Assembly: GCA_918797485.1 (NCBI GenBank)
Contig: CAKKNE010000003.1
Location: 992,001-1,056,000, forward strand
Origin: Pelagomonas calceolata
Lineage: Eukaryota
Direction of reading: 5' to 3'
DNA: 64,000 nucleotides
Shown here: positions 9,383 through 19,454 of the stretch, piece after piece
Numbering within the stretch: the first letter of the stretch is position 1
Layout: the number at the start of each line of letters is the position of its first letter
Position numbers and translations under genes: made by a program
The notes under the pieces: model-generated
Told to the model about the DNA's origin: nothing
Database searches by the model: none
The model's input: only the letters and a program-made list of their open reading frames with translations

Positions 9383-11185
9383 TTAGAGTAGCGATACGGC
9401 GCGTTGCGCGGCGACGAGCCGCTCGACGAGGACCGGCTTCGTGCCCTCCGTCGACGCGCCCGCGGCCTCGAGGGCGGCTCGCAGTTCCGCGACCTTCAAT
9501 CGCTTGGCTTTGCGCGTCGCGGCGGCGCCGTCGAATTCCTGTGCGGGCTCGGCCGGCGCCGCTGGTGCGGGCACTGCGGCCGGTGCGGGCTCTGGCGCGG
9601 GCGCGGATACTGCCGCGGGCGCGGACGGCGCCGCTGGCACCGGCACTACCGCGGGCTCTGGAGCGGCGCCTGCCATCTCCGCCGCCATCGCCGCCGCCAT
9701 CTCCGGGGGCATCCCCGCGGGGATAGGCGCATACCTACCACCGGGCCGGAAGGCGATCGCTGGAATCGGCGCCGCCGCGGGCGCCGGTGCGGGCTCCGGC
9801 GCGGGCGCCGGCGCCGCGACCGGCGCCGCGACCGGGGCGGACGCGTCGCCCGGGATTGCCTCGTCCATGAAGTCCGCCGCCGATCTCCGGGGCGCCGCCG
9901 CCGTCGGTGGCGCCGGCGCCGGTACTGCCGTCGCCGGCGCCGGCGCTGCAGCTCCGGGGATCGCCGCCGGCGATGGCGGCGCCGAAGTGTCCGTCTCGTT
10001 CGTTTTTCGTCGCTTCTTCCGGCCGCCACGGTTCCGCTTCCGCTTCTTCTTTCCGGCGCTGCCGCCGGACGCCGAGACGTTGCCGGGCGACGGCGGCGCG
10101 GCCCGCTTCCGCGTGAGCCGCTCGCGGTTCGTGCCGTCGCGCCACTCGCGCCGCACGCGCGCCGAGTCGTCGTCGTCGGGCAGCGGGCCCGGGAAGAGGG
10201 GCTCGAAGTCCTCGGGCGTCGGCGCCGGCGGCCCGCGCGGCGCCTGGGGCCGCTGCGCGCGCTGCCGCGGCTTGCCGAGCCCGATGGAACCGTCGGGGTG
10301 GAAGAACACGCAGACCGACGACCGGCACTTCGTCCCGTGGCGGCACAGCTGCGACCGCGAGTTCGGGAGCTCGCCGAGCGGCGACGGCCGCGGCGGCCCT
10401 GGATAACCACCCCGGGGCGGCGGCGCCCCGGGCGGCCAGCTCACGGCGCCGGCGGGCCACACGGGCGCCGGCCACTGCGCGTTCGGCGCCTGCGGCGGCC
10501 ACGGAGCGTTCCGCGGCGAGCCCCTGCCCCGGGGCGGCGGCTGCCCCGGCCACTGCCCCGGCGCCTGGTATCCGGGCGGCGGCGCCTGCCACTGCTGCTG
10601 CTGCTGCTGTTGGGGCCACTGCTGCTGCTGTTGCGCTTGTTGTGCCGGCCACTGCTGCTGAGGCTGCGGCGGCTGCTGCTGCTGTTGTGCCGGCCACTGC
10701 TGCTGTTGGGGCTGCACCGCCGACGCGGCCCAGGGGTTCACTTGCGACGGCGTGAGCAGCGGCGGCGGTGCATAGTAGGGCGCGGGCGCGGCGGCGGGTT
10801 GGGCAGCGTAGCCCGGCGGCGTCGGCTCCCCGTACTGAGGCTGCTGTTGCTGCTGCGGTGCGGCGTAGGCGTAGCTCGGATGCGCGGTGCCCGGTGCGTC
10901 GTAGCCCGCGGCACTGTAGCCGCCCGGCGGCGCGGCGCTGGCGGTCGGCTGTTGCTGCTGCGGCTGCTGGGCCGCGGCGTAGTAGGCGGCCCAAGCGGCG
11001 TCGACGTCTTGGTCCGACGGCGCCGGCGCCGGCGCCGGAGGCGCTGCGGGTGCCGGCTGCTGCAGCTGTTGCAGCGCGGCGGCCGCGGCGGCGCTCGGCT
11101 GCTGCTGTGCCGCGGCGCCTGGGCGCAAGTGTGGGGCCAGCGCCGCCCAGCCGGGACTGCCCGGGCCGCCTCCAGCCCACGACAT
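9383..11185 (-). CDS. Pro/Gln/Ala-rich nuclear protein with CCCH zinc finger and C-terminal SAP domain
   Basis: CRHGTKCRSSVCVFFHP, NLS KKKRKRNRGGRKKRRK and SAP-like LKVAELRAALEAAGASTEGTKPVLVERL. Confidence 0.75.
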   Translation of the reverse strand: MSWAGGGPGSPGWAALAPHLRPGAAAQQQPSAAAAAALQQLQQPAPAAPPAPAPAPSDQDVDAAWAAYYAAAQQPQQQQPTASAAPPGGYSAAGYDAPGTAHPSYAYAAPQQQQQPQYGEPTPPGYAAQPAAAPAPYYAPPPLLTPSQVNPWAASAVQPQQQQWPAQQQQQPPQPQQQWPAQQAQQQQQWPQQQQQQQWQAPPPGYQAPGQWPGQPPPRGRGSPRNAPWPPQAPNAQWPAPVWPAGAVSWPPGAPPPRGGYPGPPRPSPLGELPNSRSQLCRHGTKCRSSVCVFFHPDGSIGLGKPRQRAQRPQAPRGPPAPTPEDFEPLFPGPLPDDDDSARVRREWRDGTNRERLTRKRAAPPSPGNVSASGGSAGKKKRKRNRGGRKKRRKTNETDTSAPPSPAAIPGAAAPAPATAVPAPAPPTAAAPRRSAADFMDEAIPGDASAPVAAPVAAPAPAPEPAPAPAAAPIPAIAFRPGGRYAPIPAGMPPEMAAAMAAEMAGAAPEPAVVPVPAAPSAPAAVSAPAPEPAPAAVPAPAAPAEPAQEFDGAAATRKAKRLKVAELRAALEAAGASTEGTKPVLVERLVAAQRAVSLL

Positions 11186-11197
11186 TACTCCCGGGCC

Positions 11198-11268
11198 GCC
11201 GCTGTTGCAGCCGAGAGCCGCTGTTGCAGCCGAGCGCCGCTGTTGCAGCCGAGCGCCGCTGTTGCAGC
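11198..11268. repeat. 19-bp minisatellite, about 3.7 copies (GCCGCTGTTGCAGCCGAG[A/C])
   Basis: Read directly. Lies immediately upstream of the ATG at 11185. Confidence 0.9.
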
Positions 11269-11423
11269 GTGCTGTGGCAGGGAGTTTTGTGGCGAGGCTA
11301 CCTCGGCGTTGGATGCATCAAGGTGGGGCAATTTGCAGTAGGGCAGCGATAACTAATATCTATAGCCGGGGCGGTCGCGAAACGGGTCGTCGCGCTCCGT
11401 TTTTGGCCGGGTTGCAATCGCGC

Positions 11424-11447
11424 GCTAGCGGCATGTAAGACACTAGC
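11424..11447 (+). promoter_or_regulatory. CTAG-box element GCTAGCGGCATGTAAGACACTAGC
   Basis: Between divergent starts 11185 and 11597. Confidence 0.75.
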
Positions 11448-11596
11448 GAGCATCTGCAACAAGCAATTTTGGCGCTGGGCGGCAAGCGCTGTACGAAACT
11501 ACGCTCCACCGCATCACTGCGAAGCTCGACAACAGTGCTGCACGCAGAAATCGCATCGCTTCGCACCAATACGAGTGCTACACTGCTGCAGCATCG

Positions 11597-12289
11597 ATGC
11601 TCGTCCGTCTCTGCGCGCTCGGCGCGCTGACACATGCCGCGCGGCCCACACGCGTCGTCGGCCGGCGGCCCGCGCTCGCCGGCGCCGCCGCGGCGATCGC
11701 CTGTCCCGCGCGCGCGAACCCGCCGCCGGTCGACACCGACCGCGTCGCGGTCCCGGAGCTGCCGCAGCAGCCGCGGGGCCTGAAGCTCAAGAACGGCCTG
11801 AAGTTCACAGACGGTACAGTGGGGCCTGGTGAAAAATTGCGCTGGGGCCAGGTCGTGAAGATCAAGTACGTAGCCTACACGCGGGAGAGTGGCGACGCGC
11901 CCCTGAAGCGCTACGACGCTTCTGACGCGTATCTAGTGAGGCACGGCAACGGGCGGGACGTGCGCGGCTTGGATGAGGGCATACATACCATGCGGGTCGG
12001 AGGGACTAGGCGTGTGGAGGTGCCGCCCAATCTGGGCTACACGGCGCCAGGATTAGGACCGATGCCCGAGTCCGCCGGCGGGCGCCGGACGTTGGACAGG
12101 GCTCTAGATGACATGGCGGGGAAGCCGGGCGCGGCTGTAGTGTATGACGTCGCCGTGCTGAGCGCTTGGACGGATGACGCCGACGCGGGCTATTACGCCG
12201 ACGAGTCGTTTTCGGGCGACGAGATTCAGGTCATCGTCGGGAAGGCCGAGAAGATCGGGCGCGGGCTCGCGAAGGCGGCCGGGGAGTAA
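11597..12289 (+). CDS. Thylakoid-lumen FKBP-type peptidyl-prolyl isomerase
   Basis: Signal peptide plus twin-Arg (GRR...ARA). RHGNGRDVRGLDEGIHTMRVGGTRRVEVPPNLGY. Confidence 0.85.
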   Translation: MLVRLCALGALTHAARPTRVVGRRPALAGAAAAIACPARANPPPVDTDRVAVPELPQQPRGLKLKNGLKFTDGTVGPGEKLRWGQVVKIKYVAYTRESGDAPLKRYDASDAYLVRHGNGRDVRGLDEGIHTMRVGGTRRVEVPPNLGYTAPGLGPMPESAGGRRTLDRALDDMAGKPGAAVVYDVAVLSAWTDDADAGYYADESFSGDEIQVIVGKAEKIGRGLAKAAGE

Positions 12290-12496
12290 GAGTGTGAGAT
12301 ATCATGTTGGGCACGGGTTTTTCAGGCTGGCCAGCCCGCGATTTTGCAGTAGATCCCGCGCGGCGCGGACTCCTCGGGCCTAAGGACGAGCCAAGATCAC
12401 CACTAACGCGACAGCACCGCTCAGTCCAGGCGTTGCGAAGCTAGCGCTCCTAAATCAATCATTCAACAGATCTTCAAATCTTGAGCAGCCGTGGAG

Positions 12497-13270
12497 ATGC
12501 GGCGACCGACGCACGCGCGCGTGTTCTCGCACGTCTCGGACGGCGGCGGCGACGGGCGCGAGAGCCTCGCGAGCGAGGCGACGGGGCGGACCAGTAGTCT
12601 CGCCGAGTCGCTCACGTTCACGCTGGCGTCCCTTTCCCCGCTGTACGCCATCGACGCGACTCGCGCGCAGGTCTCCTTCGCGGGCGTATTCTACGGGCTG
12701 AACATGACCGCGGTCGTCGTCTACGCCTGCCACACGCAGCTGGCGTTTCTGGATCAAGTAAAGCGCATCGAGCACGACCTGCGACACTTCTCGCTTGCGA
12801 GGGCGGAGTGCTCGGACGAGCGTGACCGACAACACGTCGAGCGCGTGATCGAAAAGTGCTGGGCGAAGCGGGGCGGCGTCGCCGGCTTCGAGCGGAGCGT
12901 CCGGTCCGGTCCCATCTACGACGCTTTGCAACGGGCGGTCGGGCGCTACGGGCTGTTACGCTATTTCGACGTCGTTGTCGCAACGCTCGGCGTGCTGTTC
13001 CTGGGCCTCGGGCTCCACGCGCACAACCCACACGACGTCAGCCACGCGATCACGACGGTCACCGGCGTGTTTATCGTGATGCCACTAGCCTTCGCCGGCC
13101 ACGCGAAGATCACGGCGACGCTCGGGCGCGTCGCCATGCCCTACGGATGCAAGCTCGCGCTCGCGTCCTTCGCCTTCGTCGCATGCGTCCTCTCGTTGTC
13201 ACTGGCGAACTTTTCGCTCGGGCGCGAGTTCTGCCGCGCGACCGTCGGGTACGGATGTCTCCGCGGCTGA
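12497..13270 (+). pseudogene. Multi-TM membrane protein, probably a 5'-truncated fragment
   Basis: Hydrophobic segments and FSLARAECSDERDRQHVERVI...GFERSVR. In-frame TGA just upstream and no convincing N-terminus. Confidence 0.4.
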
Positions 13271-13388
13271 CTCGGAGAGACCATCCCACCCTCCCCCCAT
13301 CCTCCTGTCCGATTCCTGCTCTCTGACGAGGCAATAAGTTTTTCCGGAGCACCGAAAACCCGTAAAGGGTTCGGCGCGCTAGTCGCGA

Positions 13389-13411
13389 GCTAGCGTCTGT
13401 AAGACACTAGC
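13389..13411 (+). promoter_or_regulatory. CTAG-box element GCTAGCGTCTGTAAGACACTAGC
   Basis: Upstream of ATG 13568. Confidence 0.75.
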
Positions 13412-13567
13412 GAGCCCAGTGCTTGCTGCGCTGCGAGACAAATCTGTGCGGCTTGCGGCCCATATAAGTGCGCAATACATACACGTGACTAGGAGAAGCA
13501 ACGCTGCGCGGTGTGAGCCAGCCGTGTAGGGGCATACGACCTCTCAAAAAGGAGAGCACATCCAGCA

Positions 13568-15094
13568 ATGCGGGCAGCGGTTCTACTCGTCGTGCTCCTC
13601 GGCGCCAGCCGCGGCCTGGTACCGCGGCGACCGGCGGCCCCACGACCAGCATCGAGGCGCCACGCCACCGCGGTGGAGCCGTCCCCAGTCGAGACTGCCG
13701 TACGGTCGCTGGCCGACGTGACGCTCTCGCTGCTCGCCGGCGACGATGCCGCGGCGGATAGCCTCTTCGCGGACAAGGCGGCGCGGCGAGCCGCCGTCGT
13801 CACGGCGCTGGACGGCTTCGACGTGTCGAGGGACGGCTGGCTGTCGCGCGACGAGGCCGAGGCGCTGTTCGCGCGACTCGCGCACTGCATCGTCGCCGAG
13901 CTCGCGGACGGCAAGGGCGGCGCCTCGGAGCTCACGCAGAAGCATGCGAAACGAGTACTTGAAGATGACGTGCGCGGAACCATCAAGCGCGTCGCGACGA
14001 AACTGTACCTCCTCGCCGACAGTGACGAGGACGGCCGCGTGTCGCTGCCCGAGTTCGCGGGCCTCTTTGACCAAGTGCGTTCGGCGCCGGACGCCGAGAC
14101 GTTCCCGCAGCCGCTCCGGGCACTCGCGGGCTCGCTGCAGCTCCTGCCGCCCTCGGAGTCGGCCGCCGCCGCTTCCGCGGCAGATAAGTCCCAGGAGTGG
14201 CACATCGGCGTGCCGGGCGATGATCATACGCTGCGGACCGTCCAGTGCGACGGGTTCTCGATTGTGGGCATCGGCCGATCGGCGGACGCGTCGGCGTACT
14301 TCGTGCCCGAGCTGGGCGTCTGTTTCGACGCGGGCCTGTCCGTGGCGTCGCTCGCGCCGCGCTCCGTTTTCCTGACGCACGGCCATCGGGACCATACGGC
14401 AGCTTTACCTGTGCTCGCCCGAAAGGCGCGCGTTTTTGTACCTCGAGCCATCGACCCGCTCGTGCGGCGCTTCTTGATTGCCGAGGCGCAACTTAATTAT
14501 GGGCAAGAGCAATCCGACGCTGAGACGGAGGCGTTTCTCGGCTTGGACCTTAGGCCGGTGGACGACGGCGAGGCGTTCCTGCTCGAGCCGGACCATTACC
14601 AGGGCTCGCCCACGCCTCTCGGTCTCCAGGTTTTCACGGCACCGCATAAGAAAGGCGTGCCATCTTGTTCGTACGGCCTCTTCCGGCGCAAGAGTCGTCT
14701 GAAATCGGAATACCAAGGCCTCGACAAGCGCAAGCTGGGAGCGTTAGTAAGGGAGGACGTCGCGATAACGGAGCCGTACGACCAGGGCGTCCTCTTCTTC
14801 TCGGGCGATACGACCATCGACCTCCTCCGCGAACGGCACCAGGAGATCCTGCCCAAATATGAGACCGTCATCCACGAGGTCACGTTCCTCGGCGAGCCTT
14901 CCGAGGACTTGGATAAGGCGACGCGGGCCAAGGGGCACACGCACTACGCGCAGCTTCACCCCTGGATCGCGGCCTTCCCCCATACCACGTTCGTTTTGGT
15001 GCATTGGTCGCTGCGCTACTCGAAGGAGGAGGTCCTCGCGTTCTTCGACAAGTCCTACGGGGGCGTGCCGTCGAACGTAGTACTGTGGATATAA
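13568..15094 (+). CDS. Signal-peptide protein with two EF-hands fused to a short-form tRNase Z (metallo-beta-lactamase)
   Basis: EF loops DVSRDGWLSRDE and DSDEDGRVSLPE. THGHRDH, SGDTT, HEVTFL, KGHTH and LVHWSLRY motifs. Confidence 0.8.
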   Translation: MRAAVLLVVLLGASRGLVPRRPAAPRPASRRHATAVEPSPVETAVRSLADVTLSLLAGDDAAADSLFADKAARRAAVVTALDGFDVSRDGWLSRDEAEALFARLAHCIVAELADGKGGASELTQKHAKRVLEDDVRGTIKRVATKLYLLADSDEDGRVSLPEFAGLFDQVRSAPDAETFPQPLRALAGSLQLLPPSESAAAASAADKSQEWHIGVPGDDHTLRTVQCDGFSIVGIGRSADASAYFVPELGVCFDAGLSVASLAPRSVFLTHGHRDHTAALPVLARKARVFVPRAIDPLVRRFLIAEAQLNYGQEQSDAETEAFLGLDLRPVDDGEAFLLEPDHYQGSPTPLGLQVFTAPHKKGVPSCSYGLFRRKSRLKSEYQGLDKRKLGALVREDVAITEPYDQGVLFFSGDTTIDLLRERHQEILPKYETVIHEVTFLGEPSEDLDKATRAKGHTHYAQLHPWIAAFPHTTFVLVHWSLRYSKEEVLAFFDKSYGGVPSNVVLWI

Positions 15095-15107
15095 AAACAC
15101 TGTGTTT

Positions 15108-15189
15108 GTCTTTCTTACGCGCTCCCCGGCGACGGCGTCTCGCGGGCTAGTCTTTCTTACGCCCTCCCCGGCGACGGCGCCTCGCGGGC
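15108..15189. repeat. Tandem duplication of 40 bp (period 42) covering the stop codon of the adjacent fragment
   Basis: GTCTTTCTTACGC[G/C]CTCCCCGGCGACGGCG[T/C]CTCGCGGGC at 15108 and 15150. Confidence 0.9.
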
Positions 15190-15500
15190 GCGGAGCGCTG
15201 CTTGCGACTTTCGTAGTTCGACCTCAATGCCCCGTACCGTTAATGGGTGCGCGCCACCGAGCACGCGCCGCGCGGTCCGTTGAATTTCCTCTAGCGTCGT
15301 CACAGCCTTTCGGAGATCGTCGAGCGTGGCGGCGGGGTCCTCGTGGAGCGACCTCGCGTAAATTGCCCGCGTCTTGAGCGTGATCGCATTATTCTCTCCG
15401 AGGACACGTCGCGCCACGGGCATCATTTTACGCAGCACCGACTTGGCTTCTTCGAAGCGCTTATGACGAACAAGAGTGTCCGTGTAATTAGCAAGATCCC
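15157..15500 (-). pseudogene. 3' fragment of a TPR/kinesin-light-chain-like repeat gene (ARRVLG...HP type)
   Basis: Frame reads LANYTDTLVRHKRFEEAKSVLRKMMPVARRVLGE...ARRVLGGAHPLT, with an in-frame TAA immediately upstream. Confidence 0.6.
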
Positions 15501-15727
15501 AAAAGCGTTAGCCGAGACGAGCACGCGGCCTGTCACGTTCCACGAGCAGGTGTGCCTCGGGGAGGACGATGTAGTCGTGAGGAGGGCGAGTAACTCGAAT
15601 CGTTTCACATTACTCCCCACAGTGTGCCGCTCGCTCGGCTAGAGCAAACATCATGTCCGGTGAAATCAGGGGGTGGAAGAAGGGAAAGGGGACGTGATGC
15701 CGTGTTTCGCGAGCGAGAGCTCAAAGC

Positions 15728-16981
15728 TCAAAAGAGGCAGAACTTGCCCGACGGCGGCGTGGAGCCCCTCACAGGCGCAGTTCCTTCAGAAATTTCAAAG
15801 GACGCGGGCGTCGTCTTCTCGAGGCGCTCGAGCAGCGCACTCCCGAGACCGACGGCAGGCGTCACAACACCAGAAGTCTTGTTGGCGCCCTTGGCCAGCA
15901 AGACGGCGCAGGCGACGAGCATCTTCGCCGTGCCCAGGTAGCCCGTGTCCTCGTCCACAAAATACGTCGATTCCAAATAAGTACCGTCGTCGCACGACGC
16001 CCGACCGTGCACGCGCAGCCAGCCCGCCTCCATGTTTTCGCGCGACGGGCCCTCGCCGGGCTTCGGTACGAGGCCCCCAAACAACGTTGGGGACAGAATC
16101 GCCGCCCCGACTTTATAGGTAAAAAGTTTTTGCGACATGCGGTCCGAAAACTTCTCCTCGCGCAGAGCTCGTTCGGAGTAGGTGAAGGACGACGCGTAGC
16201 CCAGCAAAGCGTTCGACCGCCGCACGCAGTTGGCCATGACGGGACCCATGATCCAGGGGCCCGCGCTCCGCCCGTTAAACTCGGCGCAGGGCGCGTCGGC
16301 CTTTGGGCTCTTATTCGTCGTGCTATAGGTACTTTTGGCGCCCTTCGCATCCGTAACCAATGGATCGAAGTCCGGCTTCGACGATGACCGAGCCTTGCCT
16401 AATTGAAACTGGGCCGTGGCCACCGTACCGCCCGACGCCGCAAACGACGGCGGCAGTTCGGTATAAGTGTCCACTTGCGTGAGCTTGAGGTTGCGCTTGA
16501 CGGCCTCCTCGTGCAATTTCAATACAGTCAGGTCCCAGGGCACGCAGTCGTTGCCGCAGTGCGCGACGATGCAAGCTCCGGTCTTCCGCGCGGTCGCGTC
16601 GTGCTCCTTGATCAGGTGGCGCACGAAGTCCGATTCGCCCGTAATGTCGCAGTAGTGCACGCCCTCCTCCGCGCATAATTTAGCAAGGGTCTTGCCGTAC
16701 TTCTCGAAGGGCCCGGCGCACGTCGCGCAAACTTTTGTTTTTTTTACGACGTTTCGCAGTTTCGTTTCTTGCTCTTCGTTCTCGCAGATTAAGTCAGCGA
16801 TTTCAATACTTGGGGTTGCTTTGACTTCTTCCAACACCTTCTTCGCCTTGGCCTCGTTTCTAGCGCACGCGGCCCACCGCAGGTTCGGTTCCGTCTTTGT
16901 TAAGTGCTCGGCGGCTAATCTTCCCGTAAATCCCGTGACGCCGAATAAGATCAGGTCGTAGTCCTTCCTGGCGGCGAACAT
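15728..16981 (-). CDS. Saccharopine dehydrogenase-like oxidoreductase
   Basis: YDLILFGVTGFTG, CAGPFEKYG, HYCDITGE and GNDCVPWD motifs. Confidence 0.85.
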   Translation of the reverse strand: MFAARKDYDLILFGVTGFTGRLAAEHLTKTEPNLRWAACARNEAKAKKVLEEVKATPSIEIADLICENEEQETKLRNVVKKTKVCATCAGPFEKYGKTLAKLCAEEGVHYCDITGESDFVRHLIKEHDATARKTGACIVAHCGNDCVPWDLTVLKLHEEAVKRNLKLTQVDTYTELPPSFAASGGTVATAQFQLGKARSSSKPDFDPLVTDAKGAKSTYSTTNKSPKADAPCAEFNGRSAGPWIMGPVMANCVRRSNALLGYASSFTYSERALREEKFSDRMSQKLFTYKVGAAILSPTLFGGLVPKPGEGPSRENMEAGWLRVHGRASCDDGTYLESTYFVDEDTGYLGTAKMLVACAVLLAKGANKTSGVVTPAVGLGSALLERLEKTTPASFEISEGTAPVRGSTPPSGKFCLF

Positions 16982-17370
16982 GTTTGCTTTTGGCACCGCT
17001 GCGGTGACGGCGTGCTGGAGAGCCACTATCTGTACTGATAGATATCTCGCTCGTTCGTGCGAGTCAGCAGCTATAACTGCGTAGGCATGCACTACACTGT
17101 AAATGAATCACGACTGCGGCGCAGGGCGGTTGTTAGTGCGGCGTAAGTGCTGTTTTGTGCAACCTGGCCAAAAGCGTGTGCCTCAAATACCCGCACGAAG
17201 AGGAGTCCAAGCCAGGAGCGAGCCGTCCGGAAGCCGTGCTCCACAACGCCAAAAAGCTCCCAAGACGAGGGCCGCCTAAAATAAAATTCGGGGCTGCAAA
17301 ACCGGTGTGGCTGCCAAGTTCGGATTTTGGGAGCCAACAGCCGAGACAGGGGGCTGCCCCAGACACAACC

Positions 17371-18549
17371 ATGGCGACTTTCGGCAACATCGAAGCGCAG
17401 CTCGCGCCGGAGCCCGTAGCCGAGGCGCCCAAGCTGCCCACGTCCCAGCGGAAGCTAAAACCGGGCCTCACGATCTCCAACCTCGCCGCCGAGGTCTTCT
17501 CGGTACGCTTCAGCCCCGACGGCCGCTACCTCGCGGCGGGCTGCGGCGACGGCGCCATCCGCGTCTTCAACGCGTCCACTGGAACGGAAAGCGCCAATCT
17601 CACTTCTAACAGCTCGAACGGGCTACCTACCACCGTCATTAGATTTAGACCCCACGGCGGCGACCGCACGAAGAACGTGCTGCTGGCGGCGAACGCGAAC
17701 GGCGGCGTCGAGCACTGGCACGTTAGTTCTGGTAAACTGCTACACGCCTTCCCGGTGAAAGACGACTCCAATCAAGTCTATGCCTTGGACTACGACCAGA
17801 ACGGGGATAGGTTCGCTACCGGAGGCAAGGACTGCGCCGTGCGTATTTATGATGAGGATAGCAAGAAACTACTCGTGACGCTCAAGGGCGGCCAGGGGTA
17901 TGGTTCCCATGTGGCTGCAGGACACAGTAACAGAATCTTCGCGCTGAAGTGGCATCCTACGGAGCCGAACTGCCTTGTAAGTGGTGGCTGGGACAACACG
18001 ATCCAGATCTGGGATGCGCGCAAGGATGGGGGTGCCGTGAGAAGCTTCTATGGGCCTCACTTATGTGGGGATTCGCTGGACATCTCGCCGGACGGCTCCA
18101 AAGTACTTACAGGAAGCTGGCGCCCCGAGGATCAAGTGCAATTGTGGGATTTCAACACTGGAAAGTTGCTCGAAACCGTGCCGTGGGCGTCGTCGCTCAT
18201 CCACCACCGGGACCCCTGCATGGTCTACGCGGCGCAGTTCTCGAAGCACATGCCTTTGGTGGCGGCCGGCGGGTCCGGCGCGAACGAGGCGCGCGTCTTC
18301 GACTGCGAGCGCGGGAACGCGCTCGTGGGCGTCGTCGCGGGCTTGGACCGCGGCGTCTTCACGGTGGACTTCGCGCCGGGCGGGAAGCGGTTGGCCGTGG
18401 CCGGCGGCGACGCCGCGATCCGCGTGCTCGACGTCGTCGACGCGGCCGCGTGGGAGAAGGAGCGGCCCGGGACGGCCGCGCCCGTCGAGGCGCCGCCGGC
18501 CGTGCCCGTCGCGCCGCCCGTCGCGCCGCCGGCCGTGCCGGCGCAGTGA
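17371..18549 (+). CDS. WD40-repeat protein
   Basis: Multiple WD repeats, e.g. GHSNRIFALKWHP...SGGWDNTIQIWD. Confidence 0.88.
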   Translation: MATFGNIEAQLAPEPVAEAPKLPTSQRKLKPGLTISNLAAEVFSVRFSPDGRYLAAGCGDGAIRVFNASTGTESANLTSNSSNGLPTTVIRFRPHGGDRTKNVLLAANANGGVEHWHVSSGKLLHAFPVKDDSNQVYALDYDQNGDRFATGGKDCAVRIYDEDSKKLLVTLKGGQGYGSHVAAGHSNRIFALKWHPTEPNCLVSGGWDNTIQIWDARKDGGAVRSFYGPHLCGDSLDISPDGSKVLTGSWRPEDQVQLWDFNTGKLLETVPWASSLIHHRDPCMVYAAQFSKHMPLVAAGGSGANEARVFDCERGNALVGVVAGLDRGVFTVDFAPGGKRLAVAGGDAAIRVLDVVDAAAWEKERPGTAAPVEAPPAVPVAPPVAPPAVPAQ

Positions 18550-18610
18550 TTGTCCGTTCCCTCGCGTAATTACTTCATGACTGAGACAGAGTCGCTCTAT
18601 TTTTTTTTGC

Positions 18611-18634
18611 GCTAGTAGGTCTGCACACGCTAGC
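18611..18634 (-). promoter_or_regulatory. Variant CTAG-box GCTAGCGTGTGCAGACCTACTAGC
   Basis: Same ends and length with a diverged core, upstream of ATG 18803. Confidence 0.5.
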
Positions 18635-18802
18635 TCAAACGGGCTGCGCGCGCCCCGTTTAGTCGCATTTACACAGCCCCGTGGTTCTCATTGAAGACGT
18701 GAGCCCGAGATTTTTGGTCGTGCACGCGCTTCGAACGACCGGAGACAACGGCGCCCTTAACAAAGCTCGTTTAAGCTGCTGCCAACAAGAGCTCTGACTG
18801 CT

Positions 18803-19426
18803 ATGAGTGACCAAACGCCGCAACAGCCCGAGACGGCCAGCCCGCGCCCAAACGACGGCGACAAGAAGAGACGGAGTCCCGACGCCGCGGCGGCGCAAAG
18901 CGCGCGCAAGAAGGCGCGCACGCCCGACACGGTGCCGCGGCGCGGACGAATCATACGTCTGCTCGTCGGCGGCCGCGAGCACGCCACGACGCGCGACACG
19001 CTGTCGATGGTGCCAGATTCGTTTCTGGACCGGCTCGTGTCGGGCGAGCTCCCGTCGACGCTCGACGAGCAGGGTCGCTACTTCATCGATAGAAACGGCG
19101 AGCTCTTCGTGTTCGTGCTCGACTGGCTTCGCACCGCCGGCGACGCGGAAGTAGTAGCGCGAGCCTCGCCCGACGTCCTCGGGCGGCTGCGCATCGAGGC
19201 CGACTTCTACGGCATCGAAGACCTCGCCGCGGCCTGCACCGCGAACCTCGAGCGCCTCGCCCAGAAGGACAAGGAGAACGTCCGGGCCCGCGCGGCGCCG
19301 CGACGAACGTCGACAACGGCGCCGCCGATGACGGCGAAGGAGCCGTCGCCGCCGCCGCGGCGCCCGCGGGAGCCCCTCGACGCGGCTCTTTTTGCGGGGC
19401 CCGGAGACGACGACTCGGACTTTTAG
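18803..19426 (+). CDS. BTB/POZ (KCTD/T1-type) protein
   Basis: IIRLLVGG...TTRDTL...YFIDRNGELFVFVLDWLR...EADFYGI. Confidence 0.85.
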   Translation: MSDQTPQQPETASPRPNDGDKKRRSPDAAAAQSARKKARTPDTVPRRGRIIRLLVGGREHATTRDTLSMVPDSFLDRLVSGELPSTLDEQGRYFIDRNGELFVFVLDWLRTAGDAEVVARASPDVLGRLRIEADFYGIEDLAAACTANLERLAQKDKENVRARAAPRRTSTTAPPMTAKEPSPPPRRPREPLDAALFAGPGDDDSDF

Positions 19427-19454
19427 ATAGTGCACATGTTAATACTACGGGTGT

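Noticed and set aside
12440..12446. Isolated GCTAGC or CTAG pairs (also about 49752, 50770 and 55378)
   Set aside because: They lack the TGTAAGACAC core and the consensus spacing.
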